Shown here piece after piece: positions 41,571 to 50,636 of a DNA stretch of 64,000 nt. Numbering within the stretch: the first letter of the stretch is position 1; the number at the start of each line of letters is the position of its first letter. The DNA lies in NCBI GenBank assembly GCA_963714275.1, contig CAVQNT010000002.1:160001-224000 (forward strand). The letters run 5' to 3'. This DNA comes from Candidatus Bathyarchaeota archaeon (lineage in GTDB: Archaea; Thermoproteota; Bathyarchaeia; Bathyarchaeales; DTEX01). The position numbers were made by a program, and so were the translations under genes. The notes under the pieces were generated by a model. The model was not told the DNA's origin. It worked only from the letters and a program-made list of their open reading frames with translations, and made no database searches.

Positions 41571-42608
41571 TCACGAGGGGACGAGGAGAACTTTGAGGGC
41601 TTTCCGTTCTTCTATTAGGCTGAAACCTTCCTGCCACTTCTCCAATGGTAACTTGGCGTTGATTAACGGCGAAACCCGCATCATCCCGGAACTGAGGAGG
41701 GTCAAGGTGCGCCTCCAGCTCGTCCACACGGTTCCCCATGAACCCTTAACGTCCAATTCCCCTTCAACGATTGTGTCAAGGTTGATGTCAGACGGCTTTC
41801 CCGTAAGCCCGATCAAGCCCACTTTTCCGCATCTTCTGACCATGCTGAAGGCTTGTTTTCGAGCAGCAGAAGAACCGCTTGCTTCAAACACTACGTCCGC
41901 GCCCAATCCTTCCGTAAGGCTTTTAACAACATTAATTGGGTCTTCGTTCTCAACGTTGATTATCGAATCCGCACCAAGCTCCTTCGCGATGCTGAACCGT
42001 TCCTTGTCTGCGCTCACCCCAGATAAAATTACGTGTTTTGCTCCCGCAATTTTTGCAGCTTGAACTATCAGGAGCCCCATCGGTCCCGGTCCTAAGACGG
42101 CGACTACTTCTCCGGGTTCTACTCTGACTCTCTCAAAAACAGCATGGACAACGCACGCTGCGAGCTCAGTGATGGCTGCTTCCTCTAACGAGAGCTTCGC
42201 AGGAATCTTGTGCAGTATCCCGATTGGGACAGCCACGTACTTCGTAAAGGTTCCGTTGGCTTTATGGGTGCCCAGAATACGTTTCTGTTCTCCCGTGCAT
42301 CTGTTCGCATGGTTGGTTCTGCACATAAGGCATTTTCCGCACGGGATTGTCGCGGGGGACGTTACGCGGTCTCCCAGCTCAAAACCTGCCACTTCTGAAC
42401 CTTTCTTGGCTATGATGCCTGAATACTCGTGTCCCAAAACAACTGGGGGCGTATAAAAAGCAGAGTCGTGGTAAATGTGAATGTCGGTTCCGCAGATTCC
42501 CGTAAATTTCACCTCGACTAAAACTTCGTCTGGCTTAACTTTTGGGACTTCGATGTCTCTTAACTCAACGTTTCCTGGTCCACGTTTCGTCTTCACAGCC
42601 GCCTTCAT
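41571..42608 (-). CDS. Zn-dependent alcohol/polyol dehydrogenase (MDR family)
   Basis: GICGTD, GHEYSG, CGKC..C, GPGPMG. Confidence 0.93.
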   Translation of the reverse strand: MKAAVKTKRGPGNVELRDIEVPKVKPDEVLVEVKFTGICGTDIHIYHDSAFYTPPVVLGHEYSGIIAKKGSEVAGFELGDRVTSPATIPCGKCLMCRTNHANRCTGEQKRILGTHKANGTFTKYVAVPIGILHKIPAKLSLEEAAITELAACVVHAVFERVRVEPGEVVAVLGPGPMGLLIVQAAKIAGAKHVILSGVSADKERFSIAKELGADSIINVENEDPINVVKSLTEGLGADVVFEASGSSAARKQAFSMVRRCGKVGLIGLTGKPSDINLDTIVEGELDVKGSWGTVWTSWRRTLTLLSSGMMRVSPLINAKLPLEKWQEGFSLIEERKALKVLLVPS

Positions 42609-42742
42609 TTCGTTTCCATCCAAGAATAGACTATAATACCTTGAGGGATTTAAAAATAAAGAGTCTGGCACAAGAAAACATTCTAGTTCTCTTCCAAAAA
42701 TGGGGAATTATCGTTTAGTCATCGATTTCCATGGGTTCGTCT

Positions 42743-42865
42743 GGTCTGATTTGTTCAACATCCAGAATTGTTGTTTGATCAATAAATGTTGTCTTCGAGA
42801 GGCTATCTGATTTGTGTGACATTCGAGTTTTCCGTTTGTGTGACAAACGCAGAGATTGTGAAAAA
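42743..42865 (+). repeat. Phased intergenic repeat, copy C
   Basis: TTTG pairs at 42750/42774 and 42811/42835; colinear with 5018-5140, including a 23-nt variable linker of identical length. Confidence 0.8.
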
Positions 42866-43026
42866 CAAACGGTTTAAATCGTGTTTGTTCAGTTGTTTCA
42901 GGACAATTGACCCTTTTTTGTGTGGGTTCCTGCGCTTCAAAGATTTTTCTTTAAAAAGAGAAAGCTGTTATGGAAGGTCATAAAAGGTGAAGCTCTTATC
43001 CTAACAATTCATTATGATGTTCAGGC

Positions 43027-43806
43027 TTGGGAACCAAAATGGACGAGTGGAGACTTTTGGACGATACGGTTTCGAATGGGGCAGCGATGAACGTGGCTAT
43101 TGAGGAAGCCATCTTCCAAGAAAAAATCGCGAACAAAAATCGTCCGACAGTACGTTTCTGGATGAACAGCCCCGCGGTGATAGTGGGTTACTCTCAAAGC
43201 GTTGAGGCTGAGGTTAACCTCGACGTCTGCAGAAAAGAAGGAATAGAGGTGGTTCGAAGGTTCAGCGGAGGCGGAACCGTTTACCAAGACCCCGGAACCC
43301 TGAACTACAGCATAACAATCGAAGCGGACAATTCTCTCGTTAACGGACAAGACATTTTACAATCTCAGGAGACACTTTGTTCAGGCATCATTGCAGCATT
43401 AAGGGCATTTGATATCCATCCCGTCTTTGAATCCCCAAGCAACATTCTATTAAACAACAAAAAAGTCTCGGGGAACGCACAGGCAAGAAGAAAAAACGTC
43501 GTTCTGCACCACGGAACCATTTTAGTCAATGCAGACTTGGGTTTGCTGGTTAAGGCTCTCGATGTTCCGAACCTTGTGATAACGGTAAAAGGCGTTTCAA
43601 GCAAGAAAAGCCCTGTGACCAATCTCTCAGACGAGCTAGGCTGGCTGGTTTCAATTGAGAAAGTTAAGGACGCTCTTAAAAAAGGATTTGAACAAGCCTT
43701 CTCAGTACATCTCCTAAAAAATAGTCTCAGCAAAACAGAAGAAAGGTTAGCTGAGAAACTCTACATGGAAAAATATTCTCGGAACGAGTGGAACTTTTGG
43801 CGTTAA
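43027..43806 (+). CDS. lplA: Lipoate--protein ligase A family
   Basis: NVAIEEAI, VRRFSGGGTVYQD, KKVSGNAQ, HHGTIL. Confidence 0.92.
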   Translation: MGTKMDEWRLLDDTVSNGAAMNVAIEEAIFQEKIANKNRPTVRFWMNSPAVIVGYSQSVEAEVNLDVCRKEGIEVVRRFSGGGTVYQDPGTLNYSITIEADNSLVNGQDILQSQETLCSGIIAALRAFDIHPVFESPSNILLNNKKVSGNAQARRKNVVLHHGTILVNADLGLLVKALDVPNLVITVKGVSSKKSPVTNLSDELGWLVSIEKVKDALKKGFEQAFSVHLLKNSLSKTEERLAEKLYMEKYSRNEWNFWR

Positions 43807-43869
43807 ACGTTTAAACTTTGTGTTTCTTTGTTATTGTGTGTTTGAACCGTTAATTAGAGCTTCAGCATA

Positions 43870-44943
43870 TTGAATAGTGAGTGTGGCTCCTTGAAAGGTA
43901 AGATGAAGGCTGTAAGGTTTTATGCTCCCGGAAAGATTGTGCTGGAAGACATTGACATCCCCCAGATTGGTCCAGAAGAAGTTCTCGTCAAAGTGGAAAC
44001 AGCGTTAACCTGCGGAACAGACGTAAAAATGTACAAGCGTGGTCACCCAAAGGTTAAACCACCAATAACGTTGGGACACGAATTCTCTGGCACAATCGTT
44101 GAAGCTGGAAAGAACGCTGTCAACCGCTTCAGGAAGGATGACCGAGTTGCTGTTGCCAATTCAGCGCCGTGCAACAGCTGCTTCTTCTGTAAGACTGGGA
44201 AGCCGAACCTCTGCGAACGTTTATTGGAGACCCTTATCGGATTCAGCGTTGATGGCGCCTATGCTGAATTCATACGTGTGCCAGCACCCATCGTGAAACA
44301 GAACACTTACGTGATGCCTGAGAACATTTCATTCGAGGAAGCTGCGCTGCTTGAGCCCCTAGCATGCGCGGTCAACGGAAACGACACTGCGAACATTGGA
44401 TTAGGGGACGTAGTGGTGATTCTTGGCAGTGGACCCATCGGTTTGATTCATCTCCAACTAGCCAAACTGAAGGGAGCATCAAAGGTGATTGTCACGGACA
44501 TGCAGGCTGAACGGCTTAAAATTGCAAGCAAGCTCGGAGCCGACGTAGTGATTGACGCCCAAAAAGAAGACCAACTAAGCCGTGTTAAGGAGATGACAGG
44601 CGGGTTGGGGGCGGACAAAGTCATAGAAGCAGTTGGTCTCCCACAAACTTGGGAGCTTGCCTTCCAGATGACGAGAAAGGCTGGAACAACGCTATTTTTT
44701 GGCGGCTGCCCTTCGGGCACAAAAATTTCTTTAGACACGGAAAGGATTCACTACGAGGATTTGACGCTTAAGGGCATTTTCCACCACACGCCAGCGTCTG
44801 TTTTAAAGGCTTACAGGCTCATAACAAGCGGAAGGTTCAACGGAAAACCCTTAATCACGGAAAAGATACCGCTTTCGGACTTGGAGAACGCTTTATTGAA
44901 GATGAGCAAAGGGGAATGCATCAAAACAGCCATTGTGCCCTGA
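43870..44943 (+). CDS. Zn-dependent alcohol/polyol dehydrogenase (MDR family)
   Basis: CGTD, GHEFSG, CNSCFFC..C, EPLAC, GSGPIG. Confidence 0.93.
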   Translation: MNSECGSLKGKMKAVRFYAPGKIVLEDIDIPQIGPEEVLVKVETALTCGTDVKMYKRGHPKVKPPITLGHEFSGTIVEAGKNAVNRFRKDDRVAVANSAPCNSCFFCKTGKPNLCERLLETLIGFSVDGAYAEFIRVPAPIVKQNTYVMPENISFEEAALLEPLACAVNGNDTANIGLGDVVVILGSGPIGLIHLQLAKLKGASKVIVTDMQAERLKIASKLGADVVIDAQKEDQLSRVKEMTGGLGADKVIEAVGLPQTWELAFQMTRKAGTTLFFGGCPSGTKISLDTERIHYEDLTLKGIFHHTPASVLKAYRLITSGRFNGKPLITEKIPLSDLENALLKMSKGECIKTAIVP

Positions 44944-44994
44944 AGAGAAAAGTGCAATCAATGGAAAAGCAATTAAGCAAGATCGTGGGTAAAT

Positions 44995-45672
44995 TTGGAA
45001 AAACATGGAAGGATGAGCGGAATGCCGAACGAGAAAGAAATCTTGTCGAACCTGAGAGACGCCATCGTCAATTTAGACATTGATGGAGTCAAGAAAGCAG
45101 CTGGAGAAGTGATATCTTCAGGAATTCCAGCCTACAAAGCCGTCATAGAAGGAATGGCGAAGGGCATGGAAATTGTGGGACAAAAATACGAAGACGGCGA
45201 ATACTTTCTCGCGGAGTTGATTATGGCGGGAGAAACGATGAAGGAAGGCATGACGGTTCTTGAACCTTACCTCAAAGCAGGAGACATCAAGTCCGCTGGC
45301 AAAGTCGTCATTGGCACTGCGAGAGGCGACCTACACGACATAGGCAAGAACGTTGTTGTCACCCTTCTTAAAGCCGCAAACTTCGATGTCATCGACCTTG
45401 GAGTAGACATTTCAGCAGATCAGTTCGTTGAAGCAGTGAAGAAGAATAACCCGGACATCGTCGCAATGTCAGCATTGCTGACGACCACCATGATAGAGAT
45501 GGAGAGCGTCGTAAAAGGGCTCAAGAAAGCAGGAATGCGGAACAAGGTCAAGATAATCATAGGTGGCGCGCCAATAACCCCTGAATACGCCAAGAAGATA
45601 GGGGCAGACGCAGCTGCAAAAGACGCGGTTGAAGGCGTCCGCACCTGCACACAATGGACGAAAGCGAAGTAA
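44995..45672 (+). CDS. Methyltransferase cognate corrinoid (B12-binding) protein
   Basis: VG.KYEDGEYFL.EL cap domain; GDLHDIGKN (DxHxxG); SALLTTT; IIGGAP. Confidence 0.95.
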   Translation: MEKHGRMSGMPNEKEILSNLRDAIVNLDIDGVKKAAGEVISSGIPAYKAVIEGMAKGMEIVGQKYEDGEYFLAELIMAGETMKEGMTVLEPYLKAGDIKSAGKVVIGTARGDLHDIGKNVVVTLLKAANFDVIDLGVDISADQFVEAVKKNNPDIVAMSALLTTTMIEMESVVKGLKKAGMRNKVKIIIGGAPITPEYAKKIGADAAAKDAVEGVRTCTQWTKAK

Positions 45673-45769
45673 CATTTCACATTTTTGGGAATGGTTCCGC
45701 CATCCCTTATTCGTGAAATCGAAAAACGGGATTTCAAACTCAACTAATGATGCTATTCCTGTGGCTTCA

Positions 45770-46111
45770 TTAATACTCGGTGAACTCGATTCTTGTTCGA
45801 TAAAGTATTTTTCCGTCGCCGATGAGGCTGTAACGGTACCCTCCCAAAACTAAAGAGCCAGAATTCCGGATGCGGCCAGTCAAGTAAGAGTCAGTTTCAG
45901 AGGGCATCCATTCGCCTTCACCGTTTTTGGCTGGCTTCCAATGAGTCTTCAGATGAAACTCGTAATCAGTTTGACTGAAGAACTGGCAAACGCAATACCG
46001 ACATTTAATGACCTTCACGCCGTCCACCTTGGTTGGACCCTTACAAATTGAACATCTTTGAGACCAATATTGCTCTTCGTTTTTAACCCTTTTTGTTATG
46101 CCCAAAAACAT
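45770..46111 (-). CDS. Small protein with a canonical C2H2 zinc finger
   Basis: CRYCVCQFFSQTDYEFHLKTH fits C-x2-C-x12-H-x3-H; extra CSIC upstream. Confidence 0.7.
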   Translation of the reverse strand: MFLGITKRVKNEEQYWSQRCSICKGPTKVDGVKVIKCRYCVCQFFSQTDYEFHLKTHWKPAKNGEGEWMPSETDSYLTGRIRNSGSLVLGGYRYSLIGDGKILYRTRIEFTEY

Positions 46112-46127
46112 GGGAGGCTCAGGATTG

Positions 46128-46910
46128 TTAAGAGGCAGAGGGCTTAGTCCATTTTATTAGCACAGACGCAAAAAAGATTGTGACTCCTGCCAAAACTACC
46201 AGTGGCCCCGGATGCAAGTTTAGATAACTTGACAGTAGGACCCCTGAAAATGCACTGGCTCCACCAAAGATCGAGCTCAATATCGAATATCGGTACAAGT
46301 TTGAGCTAACGATTTTTGCTGCCGCTGCAGGGGTAACAACAAGAAAACCTACTAAGAGGGTTCCTGTGATCTTGATGCCGATGGCGACTGCCATGGATAC
46401 GAGCAGAAGATACAGAAGGTTCATTCTGGCAACTTTAACGCCTTTAGAGATCGCTAGTTCCTCCGAGATCATACCCAACACAATTCCTTTATAAATGGTC
46501 CTCGTGAGGAATATGGCTACGACTGAAACGGCTATCGCTATTATTGTGTCCATTAAGCCCACCGTGGTTATATCACCGAAAAGTGCTTCAAGCAATTCTG
46601 GTTCTGGAATAATCAATATCCCTATTGCCAGGGACAGTGTAAACACAGCGCCTACAAGCGTTTCAAAAGACAACTTCGTGATTCTACCTAACTGCCAAAT
46701 CATGACGGCTGATGTAAAGAGAAAAGCGAACGCTCCGATGAAAGGATTAAAACCATACAGTATTCCCAAAGCGATACCTGGCAAAGCCACATGCGATAAA
46801 GCGTCACCTACAAGCGCCATTTTTTCCAGCACCATGAGGGACCCAAGGTAACCAGCTGCAACTCCAACAGAAATTCCTACTGTCAGACTGAATATCAATG
46901 CTTCCGTCAT
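46128..46910 (-). CDS. znuB: Zn/Mn ABC transporter permease
   Basis: ALVGDALSHVALPG, LFGDI, PAAAA, GPLVV. Confidence 0.9.
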   Translation of the reverse strand: MTEALIFSLTVGISVGVAAGYLGSLMVLEKMALVGDALSHVALPGIALGILYGFNPFIGAFAFLFTSAVMIWQLGRITKLSFETLVGAVFTLSLAIGILIIPEPELLEALFGDITTVGLMDTIIAIAVSVVAIFLTRTIYKGIVLGMISEELAISKGVKVARMNLLYLLLVSMAVAIGIKITGTLLVGFLVVTPAAAAKIVSSNLYRYSILSSIFGGASAFSGVLLSSYLNLHPGPLVVLAGVTIFFASVLIKWTKPSAS

Positions 46911-46914
46911 TAGA

Positions 46915-47614
46915 TTAGTCACCTGTTGGGCTTGGACTGTGTTTGCATACTGTCTCACCATAAATAATCGTCTGCAAGGATGGACTTTTTATTTCCTTGG
47001 ATTCTCCAAAGAAATTCATGCATCTGTTGAGAGCCAACATATAATCCGAGTATTCTGTCACAATGTGAACGTTGTGCGATATTATTATCGTCGTAATTTC
47101 ATTTTTTATAGCGAGATCTTTCAACATCCTATAAATAGTCTTCTTCGCTGTCAAGGTCAACACCTGTCGTAGGTTCGTCGAACAATAAAACATTAGGTTT
47201 ATCGATTATGGCCCAAGCGATCAGAACCCTTCTTAGCTGGCCTCCTGATAGGACACCAAGTTTCTTTTCCATTATATTTTTACTGTCTAGCCCAACTGAA
47301 TTAAGAGAGTTCTCCACGTTCGAGGCATCCTTAAATGACAAAAACTCCTTAACAGAGATCGGTATGTCGCCTGCAGAAAGATTCTGAGGTACATAACCTT
47401 TCTTGATTTTGTCACGCCACTCGATTTTACCACTGTACGGAACAAGATTCAATAATGCCCTGAACAATATCGTCTTGCCTGCGCCGTTCGGACCCACTAT
47501 CGCTAAAGTTGAGCCTTTCTTAACTTTGAAACTTATGTCATCCAGGATTAACTGATCCTGAATCGTTACACTAAGGTTTGAAACCCTCAAAATATAATCA
47601 TCAGGGCTTTCCAT
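46915..47614 (-). CDS. znuC: Zn/Mn ABC transporter ATPase (frameshift near 47140)
   Basis: GPNGAGKT, GYVPQ, LSGGQ, DEPTTGVD, ISHN. Confidence 0.9.
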
Positions 47615-47809
47615 GATAAATGAACTTCTAAAAAAATATTTAAACCCTTCTGCAATATAAAAGCCGATTACACTTGATTTCTTGACATTTAATAGCCTTC
47701 ACGCTGTCCCCCCTAAATATACACTTAAAAGTTAAAATCTTTGAGACCAATATCACTAATTATTTTTTTACTTCATAATATAAAACCAAAAATTTAAAAT
47801 TATGTTATG

Positions 47810-47937
47810 CGGGCCCGCTGGGATTTGAACCCAGGATCTCCGGCTTTCCCTTAGCTTTTTGGGCTTTAGAGGGCCAGCGCGCTGTCCTGGCTGCGCTTCC
47901 CGAACGAGGCCTTGTTTAGGCGCCATTTCACGGGCCC
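47810..47937 (-). tRNA. tRNA-Arg(TCT) with two introns: 32 nt at 9/10 (47897-47928) and 21 nt at 37/38 (47846-47866); no encoded CCA
   Basis: Spliced product GGGCCCG TG GCGC AGCCAGGACA GCGC G CTGGC CC TCT AA GCCGG AGATC CTGGG TTCAAAT CCCAG CGGGCCC G; Arg identity elements A20 and G73; position 33 reads C. Confidence 0.8.
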
Positions 47938-48156
47938 TTTTCTTATCCCAGCTGGGCTGTCTAAATTTGGTGTTCTCCGTGATTTAAATTTGATGCTGAG
48001 GGTTCAGAATTTAGTGCCTTTACTTTTGTCGTCGATGGTTTCGTAACGAAGCCTTGTCAATCACAGTCATTATTGGCTATTTTAAGTTGACCAGTTAGAC
48101 TTAAATCGACCTACAGCGTTTCTGTCTTTCACATCAATTCAAAAAGGAGCATAAAT

Positions 48157-49821
48157 TTGAAGAAATATTTAGCCAGCTTCGTGGGTGGACTTGCCATCCT
48201 TTGCGTTATGGGCTGGTCAATCATGACTATGTCACTTAACCCTGAGGCTGCGAATTTGCCCTTATACACATTTAGTACAATTTCTCGAATAGTTATTACG
48301 CTGGTTATTTCTGTTGTTTGGGGAGTCTTCTTCGGCATACTTGCTGCGACAAATAAGGTTGCCTCAATGGTCCTGACTCCGTTTATAGACCTTCTGCAAT
48401 CCATTCCCATACTCGGGTATTTTCCCATGGTCATAGGGTTTCTATTTATGTTGGGTCCTTGGGGAATCGAGTTATCGGTCATCATACTGCTTTTCACGTC
48501 AATGGCTTGGGCCATTTTCTTTGGCGTGTTAGGTGCAGTCAGAAGCATACCAACAAACGTTGTTGAATCAGCCCAAAGCTTCGGCTTGAGCGGTTGGCGG
48601 TACATAAGACACATAGTTCTCCCCGCAATTGCGCCTACGGTGGTTGCAGGTGCAAACCTTGCATGGTGCGATGGCTGGTTCTTCATGATTGCTGCTGAAT
48701 ACATTCAGTACCAAGGAAAAGTGGTGCCGCCACCTTCAGGCGGATTGGGTTACCTACTTGCCAGAGCTTCATATTTTTATGAAGACATGCCTTTTGCGAT
48801 AATGCTGTTGGTCTTCATCACCTTCATCGTAGTGTACTTCAACATGCTGACCTGGCACAAGCTTATGGAGAGAGCAAGCACTGGTACTTTCAAACCCATT
48901 ATCAGAATGGACCTTTCAGGAGTGGGAAAAATTGGGGTCGCAAGATCAGTTCATTGGTTCCACTTTGGAAGTATACATTGGCCAAAAACATTTTCCATAA
49001 TATCACAAAGCCTACGAAAATATTCTCGGATTGAAAAGGTAACTGCGGCAATTTTGGCTCTTGTGGCAGTGTTTATTGCATTGTACCTACAGAGTGAGCA
49101 CCTGCCTACATTGGCCATGATACAGCAGGGCTTTAGTAGTCCGCCTGCTGATGAGCTTTCCCGCCTGCCTTCCCTGATTTTTTTGACAATGAGCCGTTTA
49201 ACAATAGCATACATAATCTCTCTTGTGGTCGCAATAGGCTTGGGAGTTTTAGCGGCTGAGCATAAACGTTTGTCGGCAATCATTTATCCAATCTATGACA
49301 TCGGGCAAGGGGTGCCGATTCTTGCTTTGTTCCCCGTGATGTTCCTTGGACTAAACAAAGTTTTCGGTACGCCTGAAATTGCCCTTGAGTTAACCTGCAT
49401 AACGATGCTCGTTCTGGACATGATTTGGTACATGTTCCTTAACGTTGTCAGCGCAACAAAGAACATCCCCACGGAGATAAAAGAAATGGCGGAACTTTTC
49501 GGGTTTAAGGGCTTCAAAAGAGTTACCCACATAGTAATCCCCTTCATCCTGCCTTCGATAGTTACTGGAAGCATACTTTCGTGGGGAACAGGCTGGAACA
49601 CCATAATATTCGCTGAATACATGCCTTCCACGGACCCGTCTGTTCCGCCTCTTTCAGTCCCGGGCATTGGTTCGCTGCTTGACAAGGCTGGATACCAATA
49701 CGGAAACACCGTCTTACTTGTTTTCATTTTGGGTATAATCGCAACCATCGTTCTGTTTATGGAAGGATTCATTTGGCGACGACTACTTAGGAAGTTTGAA
49801 AAATATCACATAGAGGTATAA
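48157..49821 (+). CDS. NitT/TauT-type ABC permease with duplicated TM module
   Basis: Two halves: DLLQSIPILG / DIGQGVPILA; EAA loops; W.F.I.AE occurs twice. Confidence 0.9.
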   Translation: MKKYLASFVGGLAILCVMGWSIMTMSLNPEAANLPLYTFSTISRIVITLVISVVWGVFFGILAATNKVASMVLTPFIDLLQSIPILGYFPMVIGFLFMLGPWGIELSVIILLFTSMAWAIFFGVLGAVRSIPTNVVESAQSFGLSGWRYIRHIVLPAIAPTVVAGANLAWCDGWFFMIAAEYIQYQGKVVPPPSGGLGYLLARASYFYEDMPFAIMLLVFITFIVVYFNMLTWHKLMERASTGTFKPIIRMDLSGVGKIGVARSVHWFHFGSIHWPKTFSIISQSLRKYSRIEKVTAAILALVAVFIALYLQSEHLPTLAMIQQGFSSPPADELSRLPSLIFLTMSRLTIAYIISLVVAIGLGVLAAEHKRLSAIIYPIYDIGQGVPILALFPVMFLGLNKVFGTPEIALELTCITMLVLDMIWYMFLNVVSATKNIPTEIKEMAELFGFKGFKRVTHIVIPFILPSIVTGSILSWGTGWNTIIFAEYMPSTDPSVPPLSVPGIGSLLDKAGYQYGNTVLLVFILGIIATIVLFMEGFIWRRLLRKFEKYHIEV

Positions 49822-49824
49822 AAA

Positions 49825-50599
49825 ATGACAATACTTGTGGTGGAAAACATCAAGAAAACATTCACAAATGGCAAATCCGAAATCCTAGTCTTGGACAACG
49901 TTAGTTTTTCAATCGATGACAACGAATTCGTGTGTCTAGTTGGACCTTCAGGTTGCGGAAAATCTACCCTCCTGAGGATAATATCTGGCTTGGAAAAAAC
50001 ATATTCGGGTAGAATACTTTTTCACGATCAGCCTGTCACCCATCCGATTCCACAGATCTCCATGGTCTTTCAACTGTTCGGGTTGCTGCCGTGGAAGACA
50101 GCGTTAGAGAACATTGAATTGCCAATGGAAGTACTCGGTATAAAAAAGGAAGACCGGGCTCGCACCGCTCAGGAATACCTTAAAATGGTTCAGTTAGAAG
50201 GATTCGAAAACACGTACCCGCATGACCTTTCAGGCGGAATGAAGCAACGAGTTGGGTTGGCGAGGGCGCTTGCCTTACATCCAGAGATTCTGCTCATGGA
50301 TGAGCCTTTCTCTTCGCTTGACGAACTGACTGCGAAAACGCTTCGTGAGTTATTTCTCTACCTCTGGCGTGATCCTTCTGCTCCGCCAAACAGCATGATC
50401 ATGGTTAGTCACAACGTTGAAGAAGCTTGTGTATATGGCGGATAGAGTGCTGGTTATGTCGTCGCGTCCAGGAAAACTCGTTGGAGAAGTAAAAATCGAC
50501 ATTCCAAGACCTCGCCAAGAACATGTGAGAGAAACCATATACTTCGAACATGTTGATAAAGTCGTTGAGATGCTAGAGAAAGGCAAAAAACAAACTTAG
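49825..50599 (+). CDS. NitT/TauT-type ABC ATPase (frameshift near 50425)
   Basis: GPSGCGKS, LSGGMKQR, MDEPFSSLD, SHN; C-terminus ADRVLVMSSRPG. Confidence 0.92.
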
Positions 50600-50636
50600 A
50601 GCATGAAGCCCATCAATCGCACAATATGAAATCAGT

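Noticed and set aside
17297-47937. Integrated element bounded by the two similar tRNA 3' ends (CCGCTGGGATTTGAACCCAGG)
   Set aside because: Both are complete tRNA-Arg isoacceptor genes, the DNA between them is core housekeeping, and there is no integrase.
47810-47937. tRNA-Pyl or tRNA-Sec
   Set aside because: The body is a standard Arg type (5-bp anticodon stem, 5-nt variable loop, GG in the D-loop, A20). No pyl or sel genes are in the window, and a CUA anticodon would require assuming an indel.
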